Shown here: one piece after another, positions 9,321 through 19,417 of the stretch
Position numbering within the stretch: the stretch's first letter is position 1
Layout of the letters: each line of letters starts with the position of its first letter
NCBI GenBank assembly: GCA_019828565.1
Contig: JAHDYR010000025.1
Location: forward strand, 496,001 to 560,000
Direction of reading: 5' to 3'
Length of the DNA stretch: 64,000 bases
From: Carpediemonas membranifera BICM
Lineage: Eukaryota; Protista; Fornicata
Made by a program: the position numbers and the translations under genes
The notes under the pieces: model-generated
Databases searched by the model: none
Told to the model about the DNA's origin: nothing
The model's input: only the letters and a program-made list of their open reading frames with translations

Positions 9321-11312
9321 TCAGCGTTTGCCCTCCTCGACCACCACGAGGTACCTGATGTTCACCCTCGCAGTCTCGTACACGATGAACTCGTTGTACT
9401 GGAGGTTCAGACCCGGCTGCTGCTTCTCCACCAGCGGGCCCAGAGGGAGCTTGAAGCCGTCCAGGTCGACGCGCTTGCCGGGCACAGGGAACTGCCACTT
9501 GCCGACGCCGTGAGTCGAGTCGATACCAGCACCACGGACCTTGATGTCGTGGAGTGACGAGTTCGACTGGAAGTGCTGCTTCATCGTGCCCATGTCGGCC
9601 TCGCACAGCATGAGCAGCGCCTTGCCCTCGCTCTGCTGGGGATGGCAGTAGCCGTACGACTTGGTCATGACGTCCGCGAGATAAATGCCCTTGCCGAACA
9701 TGTAGCCAGTAACAGGAGCCTCAGGCGGCGCAATACGCAGGCCCTGGCCGAGGATACCGACGTAGTTCGACGCCCTTGACCCGTGCCACAGCATCCTCTT
9801 TGTTGTTGACGTGCCCTCGGTCGGATTGACGGTAAACACCTCGGAGACCACTGGGTTCCGAAGCATGTGCTGGTGTGTAGGGCCGACGGTCAGGAACTGC
9901 TCGATGGCGTTGAAGCGGGGGTCGTCGTGGGGCACGACGCCCAGAGGGACGTCGAGCTTCTTGTAGAGGGCGTCGAGGTGGTGTACGCGCTCGCCCTCTG
10001 CCTCTGCGGCCTCCTCTTCCTCCTCCTCGGCGTCCAAGAGGTCCAACGTGCGTCTGATGTCGTATAGGGCGTCGAGGCTGGCGGCATACTTCTTAATCAG
10101 CATTTCGTCAAGAATAGGGGGCCGATCAATGCCATAAGTCTGGACGGGGAACAGCGTGTAGAACCGGTTCGTCTGGGCGATTACGTCGTTCCGATCGCCC
10201 AGCTTAATGGCGCCCTGGGCACTCTTGAGGCAGTCGTACGCCTTAAGGATGTGGTCCTCGCTGAGTCGGCCGAGGGGCATGCGGGTCAGGTCCAAGTCCA
10301 GGTCCCGGACGGAGTGCTCGATGTGGCTGCGGTTGGAGATGAGCTCGAGCAGCTTGCGGACGGGGACGGGGAGGGTGCACTCAGCCTTCACCACGTTCGC
10401 CCGCTTGCTTGGCTCAGCGACGGCAGCGGCCTTGCGTTTCTTGGCCGCGGAGATGGGGTCGGACCATTCGAAGTGGAGCGGCACGTAAGTCTGGGCCCGT
10501 CCGCTCTCCCCAAACCTCTCGTCCGGCCAGTTGAGCTTGGCCTTGTCCTTGAACTTCTTGGCGAACACATTGATGGCGTCATCGAGGTTCGCGAACGATG
10601 TGTCGGTCCGCCCAGCGATCTTGCCGACCCGACCCCAGATAAAGAAGATATGATAGGTTCCCGCGGGCGAGCGGGCGAGCTCGAGGTTGTAGTATTTGTT
10701 GGCGTTCGTCTTGATGTCTGTCTGGTTGAGCTTCATCTTATAAAGCACGCCCTCGTGCACGACGATGCGGGAGCCTGCGGGCATCACTGCCATCGCCTGG
10801 GGGTCGGGTGTGAGCGCCTCGGGCATGAAATCCGCCTCGGTTGGCTCAGCACCGCCTGTAGCGGCGACTTGCGTGGTCAGAGTAGCGGCGGAGGGGACCT
10901 TAGGCGCAGGCTTGGGTGCCGGGGCAGCTCTGCGAGCAGGCTTCTTGGGGGCGGGCACGTCCTCGATCTCGGACTCGTACTCGTCCTCTGCTTCTTCCGG
11001 CTCCTCGGGCTCGTCGGACTCGGACTCGCTGGCCTCGTCGTCCGTCGGGGGGATGACAACGTCAATCCACTTGCCCGCCTTCAAGCATTCCTGCAGCCAA
11101 GCCTCGTCCTTCAAATTGCATGAGGCGTAGACATCGGGCGCATCCTCCTTCTTGGGGAAAAGAATCACATCATCAGGCTCGAATTCGGTGTTCTCTTCCA
11201 TTGCCTTCGTCAGACGAATAGCATCGCCATTGAGGCTCTCAATCTGGCCGCCAATTACAGCCTGAGACTTGCTGAAGCGCCCTTTCAAGTATACGGGCAG
11301 TCTTCCAGGCAT
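9321..11312 (-). CDS. PARP: Poly(ADP-ribose) polymerase (WGR, regulatory and catalytic domains)
   Basis: IWGRVG, MPLGRLS, LWHGSR, LRIAPPEAPVTGYMFGKGIYLAD, YNEFIVY. Confidence 0.95.
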   Translation of the reverse strand: MPGRLPVYLKGRFSKSQAVIGGQIESLNGDAIRLTKAMEENTEFEPDDVILFPKKEDAPDVYASCNLKDEAWLQECLKAGKWIDVVIPPTDDEASESESDEPEEPEEAEDEYESEIEDVPAPKKPARRAAPAPKPAPKVPSAATLTTQVAATGGAEPTEADFMPEALTPDPQAMAVMPAGSRIVVHEGVLYKMKLNQTDIKTNANKYYNLELARSPAGTYHIFFIWGRVGKIAGRTDTSFANLDDAINVFAKKFKDKAKLNWPDERFGESGRAQTYVPLHFEWSDPISAAKKRKAAAVAEPSKRANVVKAECTLPVPVRKLLELISNRSHIEHSVRDLDLDLTRMPLGRLSEDHILKAYDCLKSAQGAIKLGDRNDVIAQTNRFYTLFPVQTYGIDRPPILDEMLIKKYAASLDALYDIRRTLDLLDAEEEEEEAAEAEGERVHHLDALYKKLDVPLGVVPHDDPRFNAIEQFLTVGPTHQHMLRNPVVSEVFTVNPTEGTSTTKRMLWHGSRASNYVGILGQGLRIAPPEAPVTGYMFGKGIYLADVMTKSYGYCHPQQSEGKALLMLCEADMGTMKQHFQSNSSLHDIKVRGAGIDSTHGVGKWQFPVPGKRVDLDGFKLPLGPLVEKQQPGLNLQYNEFIVYETARVNIRYLVVVEEGKR

Positions 11313-11648
11313 CTCACCTTGCAAGCTCGTGTTGTGTTGTCAAGTGCAAAACCCGCAAAGTTAATCGAGTTCTGACTCTTGCGGCAGCATGCCGGCCTTG
11401 CGGCAACGGTATTGCGGCGCGGAGGCTCTTCTTGGGCACTCTCAGCGTCAGATTGCCGTTTCCACCTCTGCCAGAGCCATTGAAACTGTGAAGAAGGGTT
11501 GGCACATGCACGGAAAATATTAGTCAGCTTGCGTCGTCTGAACCCTCCGTCTTCATCTGATGATGCTATAAGTGCCGCGGCAGTTGGTCGAGAGTCAATC
11601 AGAATAATTTTGCGATCCGCAGCTCAGACATCCTCGTCGACATTTGTC

Positions 11649-12037
11649 ATGCTTTCCGCTTTCGCTCGCAACTTTGTTACTGACACCTCTGGTCAGGTGA
11701 AGAACGTCATCTATGGTTTGTATTTCGAATAATGGATCGTTTTTGGCGATGAATACTCCTCAAACGCTTCAAATTATCGTTCCGCTTCTTTAATAACACA
11801 GGTCTCCAGGTCTTCGGCCGCCACCAGAACGCTGTTGAGGTTCAGAAGGCTCTTACCGACCACGGCTGCGCCATTGGCACTCGTCTCGGTCTCCACCACA
11901 CGGACGAGCGCTACTGCGCTCCCCACGGCCTCATCCTCTGCCAGATGACCGGCACCGCCTCTGATGTGGCCAAGTTCGAGAAGAACGTCAGCCAGATCAA
12001 CGGCGTCCAGGTGCAGAGAATGGAGTTCAAGCTCTAA
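11649..12037 (+). CDS. 100-aa bacterial-type small protein resembling the TM1266-like 'iron-only hydrogenase system regulator' group, with presequence MLSAFARNF; intron 11716-11801
   Basis: Spliced translation MLSAFARNFVTDTSGQVKNVIYGLQVFGRHQNAVEVQKALTDHGCAIGTRLGLHHTDERYCAPHGLILCQMTGTASDVAKFEKNVSQINGVQVQRMEFKL; intron GTTTGT...TAACACAG; strong host codon bias. Confidence 0.75.
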
Positions 12038-12160
12038 ATGAAATAATGGTGCGGTGGCAGACTGTTGTACATTGTGTCGGACGAGGTAGGGCATGTTTTG
12101 AGCATGCCACGGGCGAGATCCGGCTCTTTGACTCGCAACGACCTTATAGTGTGATCTGTG

Positions 12161-13630
12161 ATGGCGAGTGAGGAGAACCAGTATTTGCTGATCGACGGGG
12201 ATGATACAGCCCCTGAGACGCCAGTATCTCCCTCAAAGAGCATCATCGCCGTTTTGCTGAACCCCATCACTCTTTTCTGCATCTCTCTGAACTTCTTCGG
12301 TGGAAACACCTTTGGCGTCAACATGTCCGCCTGGTCAGGTGCCAAAGAGATGTACAACAGCTGGCACATCGAGATCACACCGCTCATGGACGAGATCGCC
12401 ACTTCTTCAGTGGTAGGCGGCGCCTTTGTCGGCGTAATCATCTCCAGCTTCCTTGCCAGCACCTTGGGCCGCAAATGGACTACGTTCGCCGGCGGTGTGG
12501 TCGCTACACTTGCCTCCGTTGCCTCTGCGGTGACCCACTACTATTACGTCATCGTCGTCGTCCGCTTCTTTGTCGGCGTCGGCGTGGGCATGACGTCCAA
12601 CACAGTGACGATGTACGTGTCTGAACTCATCGACCCGAGGGTCCGCGGCTTCGTCACCTCGCTCTTCCAGGTCTGCGTCACCATCGGCATCCTCCTGTCG
12701 TACGTGGTCAGCTTCCTCACGGTGCCCCATACCCTGTGGTGGGTCGCCATGGCGTTCACCGCCATCTTCCCCCTCGGCGTGGCTGTCGTCACCGTATTTA
12801 TGCCGGAATCGCCCAAGTTTAAGGAGGGCAAGGCGAGCAAGAAGAACAAGACGAAGAACAGCACGGACGTCAGCGTCTCGGGCGACTCCTCGAGCGTCAG
12901 CCTGGTCGACACGTTCAAGAACTACCCCTTGCCCATCTTCATATGCACGGTCCTCGCCGTAGGCCAGCAACTGACCGGCATCAACGTCATGATCATGTAT
13001 GCCCCCGACGTCCTCAAGATGGCCGGGTTCAGCGGGTCCACCGCCACACTCGTGGGATCGGTCGGCATTGGCGTCTTCAACTTCCTCGCCACGCTGGTCG
13101 GCCTGCCCTTGTCCGACAAGCTCGGCCGCAAGCCCCTCCTCCTCTTCGGGTACGCCGTCATCGTTATCTCCACCCTCGCCGCCGCAGTCGGATTCGGGGT
13201 GATGCAGCTGTCGGAGCTGACCATCTTCTCTTGGTTCAGCCACCTCGTGGTCCCCGCTGGCGTCCTGATCATCGTTGCGATCCTTTTCTTCCTCCTCGGC
13301 TTCGAGGTCGGCCCTGGCCCCCTGTTCTTCGTGCTCCTGGGCGAGATCTGCCCCATGGAGGTCAAGGGAAGGCTCATGGCGTACGGCATGGGCCTCCAGT
13401 GGATCTGTAACCTCATCATCGCACTGTTCTTCCTTTCTGTCGCCGAGGTCATTGGAAAGGCGCTCACGTTCGGCATCTTCACCGTTGTCGGCGTGGCGGC
13501 GTACATCTGCCTGCTGCTTTTCACACCCGAGACCCGCGGGAGAGATCTGGCGGAGATCCACAAGACGATGCGCCGCTCAAACGTGTCGGCGCCTGCGGCA
13601 ATCGACGAAGATGAGAATCTCATCGTGTAA
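12161..13630 (+). CDS. MFS sugar porter
   Basis: Multiple TM segments, LGRKW, MPESPK, QQLTGIN, DKLGRKPLL, PETRGR. Confidence 0.93.
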   Translation: MASEENQYLLIDGDDTAPETPVSPSKSIIAVLLNPITLFCISLNFFGGNTFGVNMSAWSGAKEMYNSWHIEITPLMDEIATSSVVGGAFVGVIISSFLASTLGRKWTTFAGGVVATLASVASAVTHYYYVIVVVRFFVGVGVGMTSNTVTMYVSELIDPRVRGFVTSLFQVCVTIGILLSYVVSFLTVPHTLWWVAMAFTAIFPLGVAVVTVFMPESPKFKEGKASKKNKTKNSTDVSVSGDSSSVSLVDTFKNYPLPIFICTVLAVGQQLTGINVMIMYAPDVLKMAGFSGSTATLVGSVGIGVFNFLATLVGLPLSDKLGRKPLLLFGYAVIVISTLAAAVGFGVMQLSELTIFSWFSHLVVPAGVLIIVAILFFLLGFEVGPGPLFFVLLGEICPMEVKGRLMAYGMGLQWICNLIIALFFLSVAEVIGKALTFGIFTVVGVAAYICLLLFTPETRGRDLAEIHKTMRRSNVSAPAAIDEDENLIV

Positions 13631-13946
13631 ATTGTTAGGAAACTGGCGATGAGGCGGCCCGTAAGTTTAGTTTATGATGATGTCGACAGACGGGCAGATG
13701 AATGAGAGACAACCTCAGCGGACTCGAAAAATGGAACGCCGCCGCTGTCACGGGTCCGCGCTGCCATGTGCTGACTTGGCATCCGCCATACCCTCTCCCC
13801 ATGGCCGCACGTCTCACACAGTTCTGTTTATTGGACTATTTAGAGCCCGGCCCGTGTGTCCAGTGGTGAAGTATCATAGAGTGCACAGTGCAAGCAGTAA
13901 CTCCGTGGGAGTGGGTATTTCGCAGTTTAGTCATGCAAGCGCGGAA

Positions 13947-14399
13947 ATGCCGAAATCCCAGTTTCCGATCCTCAGCACGAATAAGAAGTGGCAATCAGAG
14001 ATAGCGGACGTAAAACGGCAGAATACTGAAGTTGATGCCCGCTATGATGAAGCCTATAGCCGTTTATTGGAAGCATATGCTACGTTCAACCGCAACGACA
14101 CAACAATTTGCAAAAAGGTGGAGGAAAACGCCAAGATTAAGGAAAGCGTCAAACACTTCGAAGCTGAATGCGCTCAAGCGATCAACGCCATGATTCGGCA
14201 GACGAACGACGACAGACGCCGTCTCGACGAGGCAAAAGCGAAGCTTGGACAGGCGAAGGCGATGAACTATCTGCTCACAGCAGCTGTAGAGGGCAAACAG
14301 CCGAGTGAAAAGAAGTCAACGAAGTCGGCTCGCCGTGAAGAACCTCGTCACCGCGGACAGGATCCCAGAGGGCTGGGCGGCTACAGACCTCTCGGGTGA
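13947..14399 (+). CDS. Hypothetical helical/coiled-coil protein
   Basis: 150-aa ORF from ATG 13947; the 3' end overlaps a Sec1-like fragment in another frame. Confidence 0.45.
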   Translation: MPKSQFPILSTNKKWQSEIADVKRQNTEVDARYDEAYSRLLEAYATFNRNDTTICKKVEENAKIKESVKHFEAECAQAINAMIRQTNDDRRRLDEAKAKLGQAKAMNYLLTAAVEGKQPSEKKSTKSARREEPRHRGQDPRGLGGYRPLG

Positions 14400-14595
14400 G
14401 GCTCTGGTCATTGCTGCGCCCCAGCTGCCAAAGGGAAGGGTGATGCTCTTAGTCGTCGGCGGGGGAATCTATCACGAGCAGCGGGCTCTCGAGCGGCACT
14501 TTGCCCAGCTGAACATCCACTTTGTGTACGGGTCGACCGGGTTCCCGACGCCGGACGAGGAGCTCTCGGCGTTCGCGAGGTGGAATTCCAAGTAA
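14326..14595 (+). pseudogene. Orphan C-terminal fragment of a Sec1/Munc18 protein (Sly1-like)
   Basis: AVKNLV...VMLLVVGGGIYHE...FVYGSTGF, with no upstream Sec1 body. Confidence 0.55.
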
Positions 14596-15209
14596 ACATG
14601 CAGACGTCTGGTGCTGTATGTTGACTGAAGGGGACCATTAGTGCGTGGTGGTAACGGGCACCAAGGCCGTTGAACAGGTTATTTCTTCCAATTTGTGAAT
14701 TTATCCGTGTCTATATAAAACAAACTTGCTGTGCTTTGGCCAAACAATCCGGCCCCCGACCCACAGTGACGGGTGTAGAGAGGGTGAGCAGCTGCTCCTT
14801 GCGTGCGAGCCTGTGGTTGGCCCACCTGGCCTCGGCGAGGCGTCGGATGTCCCAGAGTACCAGGGCTTTGGCCAGGCAGGACTTTGCCTCCCTAAGCGTG
14901 AAGATCCTCGTCTCGGACCCTTCTGCCAGCTCCCCTGCGAAGTCCATTTTTATCTTCACTTTGTTACACTCTTATCCCATGGCGCCCCATGACCCTGGCC
15001 CTGGTATGTATTCAGCGTGCGTCGCTGGGCACAGGCCTGGGCTCTTTCAGACATCGTTGTTGGACTGACATGACGTGGCCGGGAGTCCCTTGCAATGAAC
15101 ATACCACCATACGGTTCTTGTTGCTAATCCTGCCCGGCCGATCTTTTCTGTGATCATGTGTGTGTTCTCACATTCTGATCTCGCGCAGTTTTGCCTCTAA
15201 GAACACGAA

Positions 15210-15368
15210 ATGGTCTCTTTCAAGGCTTTTAAGACACTTCCCGCCACTTATGAAGCTTGCGATGTCGGTGAATCCATCCAGATCGACGGCCGTGGCAGCT
15301 CAAGCGGCGGCAGCGGCGGCAATGCCAACAATGGTTCTCGCGATGGCGGATGCGGCGGATACTGCTAA
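15210..15368 (+). CDS. Putative 52-aa small ORF with Gly/Ser/Asn/Cys-rich C-terminus
   Basis: MVSFKAFKTLPATYEACDVGESIQIDGRGSSSGGSGGNANNGSRDGGCGGYC; A/C-rich start context like other genes here. Confidence 0.4.
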   Translation: MVSFKAFKTLPATYEACDVGESIQIDGRGSSSGGSGGNANNGSRDGGCGGYC

Positions 15369-15452
15369 TTCCGAATAAACGATTGAACGACACGCATACT
15401 ACTAATTTACGTCTAACGGTGTGGTTCCATTGCGTCAGAATTGGTGTTCGTT

Positions 15453-18400
15453 TCATGGCTCCTCCTTGACGCCAAGCCCCTCCGTCCTTTGCTGCCCGAT
15501 AGATTTCAGCTTATTCAGGATATCCGGTACCATCTGACTTATTGCATCGAGCTCTATCAGTGGCCGCTTCTTTCCCTTCGCGTAGACCGGGATGAACTGA
15601 ACAACAGGCTTCATCGCATCCGCAGTCAGTTCGAGCGCGTTGTTGCACATTTCATTCACCGCGCTATGGTCCTTTGGCACGGGACCAAAGGCGGCATCGT
15701 CCTCTGGGTCGGCCCTGAAGTGCAGCATGCCATAGTCCGCGGGGTTTGACTGGCGTCGGATCACCTTGATCTGGTGCAGGCTGGGGGCCGGCTCCCCGGC
15801 GATGGTAATACCAATGGCGCCCAGTCGGCTCATGAGAGCACTCAGTGTCGTTCTGTCGTTGTTCGACCGCGTGCAGCAGGGCTGGGTGACACTCTTCCGG
15901 TAGATGTCCTGGGCCACCGGCAGGCCCATGTACGTCGCAGCGTCCCTACACTGGGCGGTGGCGTTGTTCGTGTGCAGGGCGGTGGTGCTGAAGGCCCGTC
16001 GGAGCCCGGCGTTGCTCACATACATCTCACGCCACGCCTCCTGGGCCTCGCGGAGTGCGCTGAGGACCTCATCCTCGCCGTTATTAGGGCGCATATCCGC
16101 CGCCGCCTCAATTTCCGCCGCCTCGTCCACCGCTTGCCGCAGGATAAGCGCCACGGCCTCGGGGGAGTCCAGCCGCATTCCCTTGGGGATGATGACGTCG
16201 TTGCTCTTCTCCACCTTGGGTTTCACGGTCGGCTGGGCCTCCTGCGGCTGCATGTCGACGTCCTCTTCGCCGTCGGACCCGTCGTCGAACAGGCCAGTCG
16301 GTGGGGGTGCTCTATGCTCCACGTTGGCGGCGAGGATACGGTCGAACGACGCGAGGACGTTAGCCCGCATCACCTCGTCAGTAAATGCGCCCCATGCCCG
16401 CCGGTGCGCGGTGTCCTCGTCCTCCTCGGCCTGCAGCCCATGCCAATCGAGCATCGCAGCGTGCCTCGTCGGCCTCGCCTCGAGCTGCCGCGCCTTGGGT
16501 ATGCCCGCGATGTCCTCGATCGATGACTCAACCAGGGCGTACATGTGGGCGAGGCAGTCCCGCCGCATCGCGATGTGTGCCTGGTCGAGCTGCTCCCGGA
16601 TGTACGAGAGGGCCAGGACCGCGTCGTCACGACGTTCCACGGCCTTGTAGAGGTCTGCCAGCTCGGGCACGGTGCTCGGGCTTGTGGTGTGGTGCAGTTT
16701 AGCGCTGGCGTCCTTGAAAAGCCGCTCAGTGACGAGCATCGTGGCAGTGGTACGGTCCACCGGCATCAGCACGGAGGAAAGGCCAGGCCAGTAGGACAGC
16801 TGGGCCAGTGCGTTCGCTGCTTCTTCCGGAGTAACCGCGACTCCGCCAATTGCCCTTAAGGTGCGGGATCCGGCGAGCTGCTGGGCCGTCTGCGGGGCTG
16901 TTGACCGGCGCTTCCTCAGGCCCCTGTTGGCGGCCCTCGCCTGCTTCTCCTTCTCCCGTCGCTCATCTTCGCGCCTCTTCCTCTCGCGCGCGTTGACTCC
17001 GGCGAGCTCGGGTGCGTCCATCGCCACGCTCTGGGCGACGACGTGGTCCACAAAGGTCTGCTGCTGGCGTTTGAACGTGTTCGCCTGGGCGTCCGGCCCC
17101 ATCGCCTCGAGGACGGCGGCCATGAGCGTGGCGGTAAGGTCGAGCAGGCCGTCAACGACGTCCCTTGCGGCGTTGGGGTCGTTCCTCAGCAGGCTGACTG
17201 ACTGCCGGCACGCGGTCTGTACGAGCTTCTGCTGCTGGGAGTCGGCCCCAATCGCGGCCACGGCCTTGTTCCTGAACGGCAGGACCACCTCTCTCAGGGC
17301 ATCCACAATCCCAGCCCGTGTAGCCGCGGTCTCCTGCTGCAGGTTCACCATGAGCACGTTGTTCACCCACCTGTCGTCCTGGGGGTCGAGTATCACGGCC
17401 TGTGTCAGCGGGCCAGGGTCGCCCCGGTGCCTGACCCGGTCGAGTCCGATGAGTCTGAACCGCGCGGGGGTGTACGGGTCGCTGCCGGCCCGGGCGAAGT
17501 CCCACTGGGCGATACGCTTGACACGGGGCGCCTCGTCCGCGTTGGCGAGGAGCCGGTCTGCGAACTCCTCGGCCTCTCGCTGGGCACGGAGACGCGCTTC
17601 CTCGGCCAGCTCTCGTGCTCGCCGATCCTCCTCCTCTTGAGCCTTCCGCTCGGCCTCGCGCTCCTCCTTTTCCCGTTCCTTGCGCTGTTTCTCGAGCTCG
17701 CGGCTGACTTCGCGTGCTGTCATGAGAGATGATCTCAGCGGCTGCAGCTCATCGGGCTCCTCGAAGTCCGTCTTCGCCCTCTTGTTCTTAGACACCGTCT
17801 TGTGCTTCACGGGCTTCTTCGCGAGGTCTGAGGAGAAGATAGTGTCCCTCAGCTGCTGCACAGTGACCTCTTTCTCCTGGTCCTTCGTCCGGGAGACAAT
17901 CTTGGGCAGCGTCAGTGCCAGGGGGCGGTCAGTCCATTGTGACGCGAAGTGGAAGATGCCGCTGAGTTCCTCCTCGGTGAACACGCCTTCCCAACCAGCG
18001 TCGTCGGCAGACTCGTCGACTTCGGCGCCGTCAAGCTGCTGCTGGAGGCGGCTGATATCTCTCTCGAGGTCAGCGATGGACACTGCGCCTGTGAGGTAAT
18101 CCCAAGCGCTTGAAACTTCGTTGAAGCGGTACAGTTCGTAAAGCGAGATGAAATGCTTAAGATGGCGGGGCGCGGGAAGCTTATCGATTGCCTGCTTGTA
18201 GTGCTCATACATGCGCTGGCGTGCATCGCGGGAAGAGAGCTTCAGACGGCTCCGCATGGCGTCCCATGCATGGAGCTCGGCGTCGCCAATTATTCCTTCC
18301 TCAATGTCCTCCATGAAGTTCATCACGTTGACGTATTCGATGCTATTAGACTGGTACTTCCCGAGAATATAGTTGACGACGTTCGTCACGGTCTCATTGA

Positions 18401-18518
18401 GCTGCTCTCGGTATTCGGGTGTAAGCTCGTAATCTTCGAGGTATAGCGCCGCAAATTCGAGCTCAAACATAATACCACCTGCTTTGGATAGTGGTAGACA
18501 TACTGAGAACGAAACCAT
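15453..18518 (-). CDS. Large hypothetical protein with charged coiled-coil segments (5' end uncertain)
   Basis: 1021-aa ORF with host codon bias; no family recognised. Confidence 0.75.
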   Translation of the reverse strand: MVSFSVCLPLSKAGGIMFELEFAALYLEDYELTPEYREQLNETVTNVVNYILGKYQSNSIEYVNVMNFMEDIEEGIIGDAELHAWDAMRSRLKLSSRDARQRMYEHYKQAIDKLPAPRHLKHFISLYELYRFNEVSSAWDYLTGAVSIADLERDISRLQQQLDGAEVDESADDAGWEGVFTEEELSGIFHFASQWTDRPLALTLPKIVSRTKDQEKEVTVQQLRDTIFSSDLAKKPVKHKTVSKNKRAKTDFEEPDELQPLRSSLMTAREVSRELEKQRKEREKEEREAERKAQEEEDRRARELAEEARLRAQREAEEFADRLLANADEAPRVKRIAQWDFARAGSDPYTPARFRLIGLDRVRHRGDPGPLTQAVILDPQDDRWVNNVLMVNLQQETAATRAGIVDALREVVLPFRNKAVAAIGADSQQQKLVQTACRQSVSLLRNDPNAARDVVDGLLDLTATLMAAVLEAMGPDAQANTFKRQQQTFVDHVVAQSVAMDAPELAGVNARERKRREDERREKEKQARAANRGLRKRRSTAPQTAQQLAGSRTLRAIGGVAVTPEEAANALAQLSYWPGLSSVLMPVDRTTATMLVTERLFKDASAKLHHTTSPSTVPELADLYKAVERRDDAVLALSYIREQLDQAHIAMRRDCLAHMYALVESSIEDIAGIPKARQLEARPTRHAAMLDWHGLQAEEDEDTAHRRAWGAFTDEVMRANVLASFDRILAANVEHRAPPPTGLFDDGSDGEEDVDMQPQEAQPTVKPKVEKSNDVIIPKGMRLDSPEAVALILRQAVDEAAEIEAAADMRPNNGEDEVLSALREAQEAWREMYVSNAGLRRAFSTTALHTNNATAQCRDAATYMGLPVAQDIYRKSVTQPCCTRSNNDRTTLSALMSRLGAIGITIAGEPAPSLHQIKVIRRQSNPADYGMLHFRADPEDDAAFGPVPKDHSAVNEMCNNALELTADAMKPVVQFIPVYAKGKKRPLIELDAISQMVPDILNKLKSIGQQRTEGLGVKEEP

Positions 18519-18842
18519 GGGCGCGATCGTTCACTTTTAAATTCTTCGTTTCGTTGTCTCGTTGAACTCGTCATAGGTCATGCTCAACTGAGTCCTTTGG
18601 GCCCGGGATCGACTGGGTGAAGAGAGTGAACGTAGATGGTGATGTTAAAACCGAGCGGTTGGGGTCAGTTGCCGGATATTCCCGAGCCGCAAAGCGCGGG
18701 AATGTCTGAAAATGACACGAAATGAGCTCAGGCTAGTCTTGGCGGGCATATGCATTGAAAGAAACTGATTTGGCGTGTCAAATATTTGATCGCCTTTTGA
18801 TTGGTTGTCGTCGTCGTGGGCCCGTCACCTGACAGAAGAACA

Positions 18843-19270
18843 ATGCTGAGCCTTTTCACTGCTAAACCCTTTTCCCTCCCTCTTTCTACATTCACCCGTC
18901 TTTTCAGTGTCGACGAAACTCCTTTCTATGGTTTGTATCGCCTCGTGGCACCCATTACTTAGTTTCTGACAACGCGTTCAAGAAGCTCTCGCAGATGACG
19001 GCTGATAACGACAAATTCCTTCGTGTTAAGGTCGAAGAAGGCGGCTGTGCCGGCCTCAAGTACTCTTTTGACCTCGATTCCGAAAAGTCGGAGGACGACA
19101 AGGTCGTCAAGCAGGACTCTGGCCCAGAGGTGCACGTCGACCCCTTCTCTCTTGCATTCCTTCAAGATGCGATGCTCGACTTCATCCAGGAGGACTTCAG
19201 GGAGTACTTCAAGATCGTCAACCCTCACGCCACGGCGACATGCTCGTGCGGCGAGTCCTACTCCGTTTAA
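18843..19270 (+). CDS. IscA: A-type Fe-S carrier (IscA/Isa2-like) with organellar presequence; intron 18931-18962
   Basis: LRVKVEEGGCAGLKYSF, NPHATATCSCGESY; exon 1 reads MLSLFTAKPFSLPLSTFTRLFS. Confidence 0.92.
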
Positions 19271-19417
19271 CATGTAAATATCGGCACATAGAGGAACATG
19301 AGAGCGATGTAGAGGCGACAGCTAGGCCTGGGTTGCCCAACGATTATTGGCATAAACTGCACGAAAACACAATCGTCTAAACACGCCAACGGGCTGATAT
19401 CTAGCCATTATAACAGC

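Noticed and set aside
11774-12094. 106-aa minus-strand ORF in the track
   Set aside because: Antisense to exon 2 of the spliced plus-strand gene at 11649-12037, which has better codon bias and a recognisable sequence
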